Both the position numbers and the translations under genes were made by a program. The notes beneath the pieces were generated by a model, which saw only the letters and a program-made list of their open reading frames with translations, made no database searches and was not told where the DNA came from. A stretch of DNA of 64,000 nucleotides, taken from sequence record NC_070962.1. One strand, written 5' to 3'. This document shows, piece after piece, positions 10,477-20,400 of this stretch (its first letter is position 1; every line of letters starts with the position of its first letter).

Positions 10477-10931
10477 TTGAAGAGTTTATCTCTAAACTGA
10501 CGGGAAAATATAATAACCTTAAGCAGGCACAATCAAGTCCCCGAGACCACTCTCACGTTCATATCCTTTGGACTAATCTTCGTGAGGGTGGTAGAATGAC
10601 CATCAAACAATGGTATGAACATGATGGAGAATCAAATCCTTATCGTGCTCGTTGCCACAAAGTTCTACAAAAAGATGATTACATCGTCGTAGAAAACTGG
10701 GGAACTGATTGGACTCATAGTCCTGCATTTGATATGAAGTTCACTCTTATAGATACCTTCTATAAAGGTGAATTGATTTATCCAGACCCAATCATTCGTG
10801 AAACAACTCTCAAAAGTTTCGTGGAGTTTGATGGGTACACCTATCGTAGTATGGATCAAGGATGGAAGGATGACAAACTTGAGTGGGGATCTTTGAGTTA
10901 TTATGAACTCCAAAAGGAAATTGGGTTTTAA
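10473..10931 (+). CDS. cpeT: CpeT/CpcT-like phycobilin lyase (T-type)
   Basis: N-terminal F..L.GKYNNLKQAQSSP...HVHI, KQWY...PYR and C-terminal YRSMDQGW...WGS pattern of cyanophage CpeT. Confidence 0.8.
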   Translation: MIEEFISKLTGKYNNLKQAQSSPRDHSHVHILWTNLREGGRMTIKQWYEHDGESNPYRARCHKVLQKDDYIVVENWGTDWTHSPAFDMKFTLIDTFYKGELIYPDPIIRETTLKSFVEFDGYTYRSMDQGWKDDKLEWGSLSYYELQKEIGF

Positions 10932-10993
10932 ATCCAAAAATCGGGCAAAAAAATTCCCCAAAAATTTTTCACGTAAAAGGTTTTTCAAAAAAT

Positions 10994-11158
10994 ATGCGAC
11001 CAGAAACAAGAAAGTCAATGGAGATGCTGTTTGAAGCAAAATGGAACTTGCCAAAAGCAGCAAAACATGCTAATCTTACTAACAAAGAGATGAAAATCAC
11101 TTTTAACGAATATTGTTCCTTTCATAAACCTACTTGGGAATTAAATGACAATACTTAA
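10994..11158 (+). CDS. 54-aa hypothetical protein (not in the ORF track)
   Basis: Hand translation: MRPETRKSMEMLFEAKWNLPKAAKHANLTNKEMKITFNEYCSFHKPTWELNDNT. Fills the gap between cpeT and the oxygenase. Confidence 0.65.
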   Translation: MRPETRKSMEMLFEAKWNLPKAAKHANLTNKEMKITFNEYCSFHKPTWELNDNT

Positions 11159-11702
11159 TTTTTATCATATTCCATCCGATATTACTAAAACAGTATGTGA
11201 TGAAATTATTAAACAGTATGATAATGAATTTGAGTATGAACCAGGTATCATAGGAGATAAGACTTTAGATTTAAAAAGAAGAAAATCTAAAGTAAGATGG
11301 ATTTATAGTGATAGTTGGATTTCTGGAATGTTAGCTCACTTTATACAAAGTGCTAATCATAATCATTTTAATCTAGATTTAACTGGATGGAGTGGAAAAA
11401 TACAATTTACATTGTATGATTCAGAAAATGATCATTATTACTGGCACATCGATACAAATGCAGATGATTTAAAAGATGATTTTGTAAGAAAACTAAGTAT
11501 TGTAATGTGCTTATCATCAAAAGATGACTATGAAGGTGGAGAATTTGAAATATATTATCCACACGGTCTAAAAGAAACTAAAAAACTAGATTATGGTGAT
11601 GTGGTGGTATTTCCATCAATAATACCTCATAGAGTTAGACCAATTAAATCTGGAAAAAGATATTCTTTGGTTGGATGGTATGGAGGACCACCGTTCAAAT
11701 AA
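11145..11702 (+). CDS. 2OG-Fe(II) oxygenase (prolyl-4-hydroxylase-like)
   Basis: YYWHID (HxD), RKLS, GGEF, PHRV and RYSLVGW motifs. Confidence 0.9.
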   Translation: MTILNFYHIPSDITKTVCDEIIKQYDNEFEYEPGIIGDKTLDLKRRKSKVRWIYSDSWISGMLAHFIQSANHNHFNLDLTGWSGKIQFTLYDSENDHYYWHIDTNADDLKDDFVRKLSIVMCLSSKDDYEGGEFEIYYPHGLKETKKLDYGDVVVFPSIIPHRVRPIKSGKRYSLVGWYGGPPFK

Positions 11703-11707
11703 CACAT

Positions 11708-11779
11708 GGGACTGTCGCCTAATGGTGAAGGCCCTCTGCTTATAACGGAGTGATCCGAGTTCAATTCTCGGCAGTCCTA
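11708..11779 (+). tRNA. tRNA-Ile (anticodon UAU)
   Basis: Acceptor stem GGGACTG/CAGTCCT, anticodon arm CTCTG-CTTATAA-CGGAG, T-loop GTTCAATTC. CCA is not fully encoded. Confidence 0.85.
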
Positions 11780-11783
11780 CCTT

Positions 11784-11868
11784 GCGAGTGTGGCGGAATC
11801 GGTAGACGCACCAGACTTAAAATCTGTTGGGCATTATGCCCGTGGGAGTTCAAGTCTCCCTACTCGCA
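11784..11868 (+). tRNA. tRNA-Leu (anticodon UAA)
   Basis: Acceptor stem GCGAGTG/TACTCGC, D-loop GGAATCGGTAGA, anticodon loop CTTAAAA, long variable arm GGGCATTATGCCC, T-loop GTTCAAGTC. Confidence 0.92.
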
Positions 11869-11883
11869 CTATAATTATATTCC

Positions 11884-11889
11884 TAAATA
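11884..11889 (+). promoter_or_regulatory. T4-like late promoter (TAAATA)
   Basis: TAAATA about 30 nt before the 1853-aa structural gene. Confidence 0.6.
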
Positions 11890-11917
11890 GACCTATAGGA
11901 ATTTAACGCTTAATAAG

Positions 11918-14900
11918 ATGGGTCTTAGTCGTCTGGATAATTTTCTAAAGAGCACCAAGGGTGAGATTCTTTATGTAGATCCCTCAAGTCTCGATTCTAC
12001 GGACAGTATCGAGAATAAAGGTAACTCTTTAGCAAGGCCATTTAAAACAATTCAAAGGGCACTGCTGGAAGCAGCACGTTTCTCCTATCAAGCAGGAGAA
12101 AATAATGATAGATTTGGTAAAACAACCATTCTACTCTATCCTGGTGAGCACGTAGTAGATAATAGACCAGGATGGATACCAATTCATGATCAAGTGGCAA
12201 ACACGTACAGACTTAGATCTGGTACTACTTCTGATGACTTTCCACCACTTGATGTCAATAGCAACTTTGACCTAGACAGTCCTAATAACGCATTATATAA
12301 ACTTAACAGTATTCATGGTGGTGTTATCATTCCTAGAGGTACATCACTAGTAGGTCTCGACCTTAGAAAAACCAAAATTATTCCTAAGTATGTTCCTAAT
12401 CCAGAAAACGACCAAATTGAAAGATCTGCTATCTTCCGTGTAACTGGTGCTTGTTACATGTGGCAGTTCTCCATCTTTGATGGTGATCAAACTGGAACTG
12501 TATATAAAGACTATACTAATAATTCTTTCGTTCCTAATTTCTCACACCATAAGCTAACAGTATTTGAATATGCTGATGGTGTAAATCCAGTATCTATTAA
12601 TGACGACTTCCTAGTCTATGATGATACAAATACCGATCTTGATATGTTCTATCAAAAGGTTGGTTTTGCATATGGTAAACCATCTGGAAGAGAAGTTTCT
12701 CCTGATTATCCTTCTGATAGCCTAGACATCGAACCAAAGGTTGATGAATATCGTATTGTTGGTTCTACTGGTGCTGAAGTAGGAATTACCAGTATTAAGG
12801 CAGGTGATGGAGCAATTTCTTCAACAGAAATTACAGTTACACTAGAGAATGAAGTTCCTGGTCTTGACGTAAATACCCCAATTCGTATTGAAGGTATTGC
12901 TGATGAGGGTTATGACGGTCAGTTTGCTGTATTTGAAGTTCTTTCAACTACAGAGATTAAGTATCAAGTTTCTGTTCCACCAACAAATCCACTACCAGCA
13001 ACAACTTCTGGTGCAACACTGAATATTTCCGTTGATACTGTTACATCTGCATCACCATATATCTTTAACATCTCTCTGAGGTCTGTTTATGGTATGTGTG
13101 GACTTCATGCTGATGGATCTAAGGCAACTGGATTCAAGTCCATGGTTCTTGCACAATATACTGGTATTGGACTCCAGAAAGACGATAATGCATTTGTAAA
13201 ATATAATTCTTCTACTGGATTATATGAAGGAACTCTAGCAGCAGGTAATGAAAATATTCATACCGACTCCAATGCTAGATTCAAACCAGAGTATGAGAAC
13301 CATCATATTAAGTGCAGCAACAATGCACTTTTACAGATCGTTTCGGTTTTCGCAATTGGTTTCAACAATCACTTCTTGCTAGAGTCTGGTGGTGACGCAT
13401 CTATCACCAACTCCAACTCTAACTTTGGTGCAAAAGCTCTTGTCTCTAGAGGTTTCAGACCAGATGCATTCCCAAGAGATGATATTGGTTATATCTCACA
13501 TTTTGTAACACCAAAAGAAATTGAATCTGTTGAAGGTGGTATTGAATTCTTAGGTATTGATGTAGGTGTTACTACTTCTGTTGGTATCGCAACAACTAGC
13601 AAACTTTTCCTATATGGAGAGGATAATTTAGACGTTCCACCAGCAACCGTAATTGATGGTTATCGTATTGGTTCTAAGAAAGATGAAGCACTAAAAGTTC
13701 TTCTTGCATCAGGTAATGAGATTGAGACATATCATTCTCAAGTTGTAATGCCTAGTACTGAAGGTACTGCAAATGAAAAAATATCTGAAAAAATTCATAA
13801 AGTTAAACAATCTAATGATATTAATGTAATTGTATCAAATACACTTACTCTTGAAGAAAATCACACATTCTTGAATGGTGAGACTATTAGGATTATTAGT
13901 GAAAATGGTGGTCTTCCTGATGGTATTACTGAGGATAAGATATACTACGCAATTACTACAGCAATTGCTCCCAATCCAGCACTCGGTGCAAATCAATTAA
14001 AAATTGCTGCAACTCTAAATGATGCTAACAACGATGTTCCAATTACTATCAATAATACTGGTGGTATCCTCAGTATTGTAAGTAGAGTATCTGATAAATC
14101 TGCTGGAGATCTTGGGCACCCAGTTCAGTGGGATGAAACACAGCAACAGTGGTACGTTAATGTTTCTACTGGAAGCACTGATGTAAGTATCTACAAGCAA
14201 TTGTGGATGAGAGGTGTTGCAGAACTAGGTGAAACGACACCAAGAACATTTGTTCTCAGAAAACCAACTGATAGAAATGTTGAGGGAAGTCTTTATAAAG
14301 TTCGTTATGTTCTACCAAAAGATTCTCCAACATTGGGTAGACCTCCAGTTGATGGATTTGTTATTCAAGAGTCCAATAATATAGATGGAACTAGCAATTC
14401 TGAGGTTGAAAAGTATTTAAGTTTTGACAGTCAAACTCTCTCAAACTCGACAGAGTTTAGAAACTTTAAATTTATTGCAGATGCCGAGTGGTCATCTGTT
14501 GATAGCAAAGCAACGATTAGAACAGAAATACCACACAATTTAAATGCTGGGGCACAGGTAGAAATTACCAATGTGTATAGTGGTTTTAATACTACAGGAA
14601 AAGATAATAATGGATTTAATGGGACATTTATTGTTGATAGTGTTGAAAATAGAAAAGAATTTAAGATTGGTATTGCAGTAAATCCTGGTGATTTTACAAG
14701 TGATACTTCTATTCGTAATCAAAATTTACCAAAACTTAAGAAAAAGAAGAACAGTGGAACATTCTTAGTATATAAGAGTGATGAGATACAACCATATGTT
14801 CAAAATGAACAAGATGGTGTATATCATTTAACTATTATTAACTCATCAAATACTCCCACTGTATCACCATTTACTGGTGTAAAACTATTACAACCTCTGG

Positions 14901-17479
14901 ATAATCTTTATCCTGAGTATGATAGAGATAACCCAAGTTCTGATCCAGATCCCGCAAGGTGTTTTGCTGTTCCCGATCCTATCGGTAAAGTTGTTATTAA
15001 TGACCCAGAAAAGAGTATTACTAAAGAAACAGTAATTTCTACCTTAGAGAATAATGGGGTTGGATTTGCAGTTACTGATATTTTATCAGAAGATGCTATT
15101 GATGGGTATAGACATACTGTTTATACAAGTGCCGATCATGGACTCAATAGAGTTATTGAAGTTGAAATTGTTGATCCAGGAACTAATTATGGTTCAGGAA
15201 TTGGTATTACAGAAAATCTTTACAATGCACAACTAGTAGGTTTTGCTGGTTCTGTTACTGGATCAAATGCAACAGCAAGAGTCCAAGTATCATCAGCAGG
15301 TACACTTGCTAATGTTCAAATTATTGATGGTGGTTCATCTTATGGTATCGGAAACACTATGTCTGTTGTTGGTATTGCAACTACATCTGGACATACAACA
15401 GGAAGTGTAAGAGTAACTAAAATTTATGATAACGTTGGAGATTCTGTCACTATTGAAAGAATCAGTGATCTTTATCATGGATACAATACAACTTATCAAA
15501 TCAATAGTATTGATGTTGGTGAATCTAATAGTTTTGATGTAGTCTCAGCAACTGCTGTTGGAATTGGATCCACTATTTCTGGAATTGGAAATAAAAATTC
15601 CTCTCTTGGATATGCTTATCTAAATGGAAAAGCATATGCCATCTCAGCATCAGACTATACTCCAGCAACTGGCATTGCTACATTTACAACTGGCATTAAT
15701 GCTCATGGATTGCAGGTAAATGATAAGATTTATATTGGTGGAGCCACAGGTGATAGTGTTTTATTTAATGGTGAATATTTAATTGAAAGAACAGATTCTT
15801 TAACATCACTGGTTGTAAACGTAGGTGTTTCTACTTTAACAACGATAACACTTGGTGGATCACCAACTATTTTCTCAACTACATTAAATTCAAAAGGTGG
15901 TGAGATTACTGTTGGTGATGAAAGTTATAGCAGTAGACTTTCTATTCCTTATGGCAATCTTCAGGGAACACTCGCACTTGCGATGACAAAAGTTGATAGT
16001 AATATGAATGTAACTGATCTTGATGACTTAGATTTGGAAATCGGTGATTATATTCTTGTCAATGATGAGATTATGAGAGTTAAGCAGACAGTAGTTGGAA
16101 ATCCAGTTAAGGTTTACAGAGGTCTTTTAGGAACGCAAGCAGAATCACACGTATCTGGATCTGTATTCAGAAGAATTAATGCAAGACCAATTGAATTTAG
16201 AAGGCACTCTATTATTCGTGCTTCTGGTCATACGTTTGAATATCTTGGTTATGGTCCTGGTAACTACTCTACTGCATTCCCTGATCGTCATGATCGTCAA
16301 CTAAGTGCAGCAGAAGAAGTTCTTTCACAATCATTTACTGAAGAAGGTGGATTTGTAGTTTACACTGGCATGAATAGTGATGGTGACTTCTACATCTCTA
16401 ACAAGAGAGTTATCACTACTGCTGGTGATGAAGAAGTGTTCTCCACTCCACGTCCAAGATTTAGAGGTGAGTCTAAGACAATTCCAGATACTAAACTCGG
16501 ATTTAATGTTATTAAAGCATCTGAAGTTAATGTTTCTGAGGCAGTAAGAGTTGATGGTGGTGAAGACAAGACAACTATTTCACAGTTTGATGGTCCACTT
16601 CTAGTCAATAATAAACTCACTGTTACTTCAAACAAAGGACTAGAATCACCAAGTCTATTCTTACAGGGTGATGAAACAGTTTCTAGAAAATATACTGTAG
16701 GTGTTACTCAACCAGCATCTTCTGTTGAACTTGTTGGTGAAGGTGCAGGAAACCCAGGTGATATTATCTTTAACGGAAACCCATTCAAAGGTCAAAATGC
16801 TGGTTGGGTGTACACCACTGATAATGATTGGTATCCTTGGGGTGCTATCTCTAATAAGACAGATGTCTTTGAGATTGGCGGATACTTCATCGGTACATTC
16901 ACAGGTGATGGATCTGGTCTCTATGACGTGTCTGATATCTGGGCAATTGACGCAACAGGTATTCACACCACTCGTAATGTAGGTTTTGGTTCTACAAATA
17001 GTTCCAAAGCAGACGTTTCCATGTATGTTCAAGGAAACGCAGAGATTAGAGGCACCATGAAGGTGTTTGAAATTATTGAAAACACCACTTTAGATAATGC
17101 TACTGTTCTTGGTATTGGTACTACAGTCATTAATGTGGACTTAGATACCTCATCTATCTACTACTATACACAGGATGCTGGTGCTAACTGGGCAGTGAAC
17201 ATGAGAGCACGTGCAGGACTTGCACTTACCGATTTCCTAGAAGTTAGTGAGTCTATCACAGTTGCTATAACCACAAAACAAGGTGGAACACCATATTATA
17301 ATGATGAAGTCTATATTGATGATATTAGGATGTCTCCAAGATACTATGGTTCATTGACTATAAATACTGGAAACGCAAATAGTTTAGATCTTTACACGTA
17401 TGTGTTAGTCAGAAAATCAAATACTGGAGATCCAGTAACTGACTTTGATGTTCTATACTCTCAATCACAATATCAATAA
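11918..17479 (+). CDS. Very large virion structural protein (conserved cyanomyovirus type)
   Basis: MGLSRLDNFLKS start, pectin-lyase-like N-terminal region, repeated T..xHGL/HNL..GD modules, late promoter. Confidence 0.7.
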   Translation: MGLSRLDNFLKSTKGEILYVDPSSLDSTDSIENKGNSLARPFKTIQRALLEAARFSYQAGENNDRFGKTTILLYPGEHVVDNRPGWIPIHDQVANTYRLRSGTTSDDFPPLDVNSNFDLDSPNNALYKLNSIHGGVIIPRGTSLVGLDLRKTKIIPKYVPNPENDQIERSAIFRVTGACYMWQFSIFDGDQTGTVYKDYTNNSFVPNFSHHKLTVFEYADGVNPVSINDDFLVYDDTNTDLDMFYQKVGFAYGKPSGREVSPDYPSDSLDIEPKVDEYRIVGSTGAEVGITSIKAGDGAISSTEITVTLENEVPGLDVNTPIRIEGIADEGYDGQFAVFEVLSTTEIKYQVSVPPTNPLPATTSGATLNISVDTVTSASPYIFNISLRSVYGMCGLHADGSKATGFKSMVLAQYTGIGLQKDDNAFVKYNSSTGLYEGTLAAGNENIHTDSNARFKPEYENHHIKCSNNALLQIVSVFAIGFNNHFLLESGGDASITNSNSNFGAKALVSRGFRPDAFPRDDIGYISHFVTPKEIESVEGGIEFLGIDVGVTTSVGIATTSKLFLYGEDNLDVPPATVIDGYRIGSKKDEALKVLLASGNEIETYHSQVVMPSTEGTANEKISEKIHKVKQSNDINVIVSNTLTLEENHTFLNGETIRIISENGGLPDGITEDKIYYAITTAIAPNPALGANQLKIAATLNDANNDVPITINNTGGILSIVSRVSDKSAGDLGHPVQWDETQQQWYVNVSTGSTDVSIYKQLWMRGVAELGETTPRTFVLRKPTDRNVEGSLYKVRYVLPKDSPTLGRPPVDGFVIQESNNIDGTSNSEVEKYLSFDSQTLSNSTEFRNFKFIADAEWSSVDSKATIRTEIPHNLNAGAQVEITNVYSGFNTTGKDNNGFNGTFIVDSVENRKEFKIGIAVNPGDFTSDTSIRNQNLPKLKKKKNSGTFLVYKSDEIQPYVQNEQDGVYHLTIINSSNTPTVSPFTGVKLLQPLDNLYPEYDRDNPSSDPDPARCFAVPDPIGKVVINDPEKSITKETVISTLENNGVGFAVTDILSEDAIDGYRHTVYTSADHGLNRVIEVEIVDPGTNYGSGIGITENLYNAQLVGFAGSVTGSNATARVQVSSAGTLANVQIIDGGSSYGIGNTMSVVGIATTSGHTTGSVRVTKIYDNVGDSVTIERISDLYHGYNTTYQINSIDVGESNSFDVVSATAVGIGSTISGIGNKNSSLGYAYLNGKAYAISASDYTPATGIATFTTGINAHGLQVNDKIYIGGATGDSVLFNGEYLIERTDSLTSLVVNVGVSTLTTITLGGSPTIFSTTLNSKGGEITVGDESYSSRLSIPYGNLQGTLALAMTKVDSNMNVTDLDDLDLEIGDYILVNDEIMRVKQTVVGNPVKVYRGLLGTQAESHVSGSVFRRINARPIEFRRHSIIRASGHTFEYLGYGPGNYSTAFPDRHDRQLSAAEEVLSQSFTEEGGFVVYTGMNSDGDFYISNKRVITTAGDEEVFSTPRPRFRGESKTIPDTKLGFNVIKASEVNVSEAVRVDGGEDKTTISQFDGPLLVNNKLTVTSNKGLESPSLFLQGDETVSRKYTVGVTQPASSVELVGEGAGNPGDIIFNGNPFKGQNAGWVYTTDNDWYPWGAISNKTDVFEIGGYFIGTFTGDGSGLYDVSDIWAIDATGIHTTRNVGFGSTNSSKADVSMYVQGNAEIRGTMKVFEIIENTTLDNATVLGIGTTVINVDLDTSSIYYYTQDAGANWAVNMRARAGLALTDFLEVSESITVAITTKQGGTPYYNDEVYIDDIRMSPRYYGSLTINTGNANSLDLYTYVLVRKSNTGDPVTDFDVLYSQSQYQ

Positions 17480-17499
17480 TATTTCGGAGGTTTTGATAA

Positions 17500-20400
17500 A
17501 TGCCTTTAATTGGTGCTCAGGGTCCTGGATCTAATATTGCATGGAGAGGTAATCTGGATGAATATCCAGATGCATTTAGTTTTGTAGAAGTTACTGAAGT
17601 ATTTCCAGGAGCAGCTGCAACATGTTCTCCAGTAACTATTACTGGTATTAACTATAAAGCACTATTAACTGCAAATTTAAATACACCAGCATTTGCAATT
17701 GATGCTGGTATTGGAGCCTCAGTTAGAGTTACTCCATATATTGAAGAAACTGATTCATATGGACCTGCAGGTGAGTTTTTACCTGGAAATGATCCAAATA
17801 ATCCGATTATTATCCGTAATAAGGACAAAATTGAACTCGAAGTACTTACTCTAGCACCAGGTATAGTCGGTAGATCTGCATTTGCTGTAGGATATGGAAT
17901 TGGAGTTACTATAGGTACAAGACCTGGAGTAGAATGGTTTGCTAGAACAAGAGATCTTGATGATGATCCAGATCCATTCGATTTCACCGATTTATCTAAT
18001 TTAGAAATTAATACTCTAACCGTTAGTGATACCGTAACTATTACTGGTATTGATGATACGATTGGTGTAGACATTTTTATTGTAGGTACTGGAGAATTAC
18101 GCATAAATGGAACTGGGTCTTGGGTTCAGACCGCAAAGATTTTTGATGGAGATACTTTACAATTAAGAAATACAACATCAAACTTTTACTCTACAACAGT
18201 AGAAACAGTTGTTCAACTTGGTATTTTCCAAGCTAATTGGAATATTACAACTAGAGCAGCAGACACTACAATTAATGACTTCACGTTTACTGATGTTATT
18301 AATGCAGACATCAATACAATTCACGAAAGTAATACAGTTACTATTAGTGGTGCTGACGATAACTTAAATGGAAACAACCCACTACCTCTTTCTTTTAGTG
18401 GTAATGGTCAATACAGAATCACTAGAGGTGGAGCTGTAGTACAAGAATATACAAATTCATCATCAAATACTTGTAACAATGGTGATGTAATTCAGTTAAA
18501 GCAAACAGCATCTGGAAGTTATTCTACAAAAACAGATGCAACATTAACCGTTGCAAATCAATCGGATACTTATTCTGTAACAACTCGACCAAGACCGATT
18601 GACACAATTCCAGATCAATTTACTTTTACTGATCAAACTGGAGTACTTAGAAATGAAATAATTTATAGTAATATAATTACCTTGTCAGGTATGACTGCTT
18701 TTGGTGATGAAGGCACTGCAACTATCAATGGAACTAGTGGATCAAATGCACAATACAAAGTCGTCAGGGGTGGTTCGATAGTACGAAATTGGACTAGTGG
18801 ATCATTTGCAGTTCAACTAGGTGATAAAATTCAATTAAGATTATTATCAGCAACAGACTCTTTAGGATCAAGAGATGCTACCTTTACTGTATCTGGAACA
18901 AATACATTTACTAATATTGGTGGAGTTGCTGGGTCTACATCAGATACTTGGAGAGTAACATCAAAAGCAAGAGATTGTGCTATTAATTCATTTAGTTTAC
19001 CAAATATACCAGAAGGATCTTCAACATTAAACCCTGGTGATTTGGCTTCCACTGAATTTACAATTGGTGGTGGTTTTGAATTTGACTGTAATGTCTCTGC
19101 TACTACTAGCAATAGTAACTCATATCTTAAGAAAAAAGGAACTACTCAACAAGGTACAACATTAACTGATTTAAAACAAGGTGATGTTGTTCAAGTCTTT
19201 ATGACAACTCCATATTATTGTAGTACTAGAACTACAACTGTATCTCTATCTGCAGCATTTACAACATCTGGATCAGCAAGATCTGCTAATTGGACAATAT
19301 CACCAAAAGCACCACCCAAACCAACATTAAGTTTAACAGCAAGTCCAATCAATCCAGCATTCGTTTTCCCTGATGGTGGATCATCTACTTTAACTTATGA
19401 ATATACTCATGTAACAAACTCCTCAGTTACTACAAACTTTGGTGTATCATCAGTTCCTGTCACAACTCTTGGTGATCAGACAAAGAATGGATCTAAAGGT
19501 GTATCAAGTCTTCCAAGTGGAACAAATAAATTTACTATGACAGTTTCTAACTGTACTGGAAGTACATCAGATTCTGTTAGTGTCATTGTCGGAACTCCAC
19601 CTGCACCAACACTATTTTTCTGTGTCAATCAATCAGCAACATCTTCTTGTCCAACCTCAATTAATATTGCAAGAGGATCATCAGTTACATTCTATTGGAG
19701 TTCAACTAATGCTATAAAAGTTGAAGCTACTCAAGGAACTGGATTTAGTACTGGAAACAAACAATCTGGAAATGATACTGCTACACCATCTTCAGATGGT
19801 GAGGTTTACACTGCAAAAGCAACTGGTGCTGGAGCTTCTCCGCAAACAGTATCGAAATCAATTACAGTAAGATTTTCTCCTTCAGTAACTCTTACTGCAT
19901 CTCCTAAAAATGTAATTACTGGCAATAGCACAAAACTTACTTGGACTTCTTCTGATGCTGACAGAGTAACTGCTAGTAGTGGACCAAGTTTTTCTGGAAT
20001 TACTGCTTTAAATGGCGACAAAACCATTACCATGAATTCTAGTGGTACTTACACTTGGTCTATTACTGTAAAAGATGATGGAACTAACACCACTGCTAAA
20101 GCATCTGCAAGTGTAACTGTTACAGACGACACTACTGTAGATAGTTTTAAGATGGATCCAGAATCCAGATCTAATCAAAATCTTGGTTCTTCTAGTGAAT
20201 CACAACCAAAATTTACATCATCTCCAACAGGATCTGTTCATGGTTTATCACCAGGAATAAGTGTAACTGCAAATGTGAGTGGTGGTGGAGCTAAATTTAC
20301 TGACGGAAATACAAGTAAGACAGTAAAAAATGGAACATCATGTTCTAGTTTGAGAATTAAGATGAATGCATCTAATTCATATTCAACTTCAAAAACTGCT

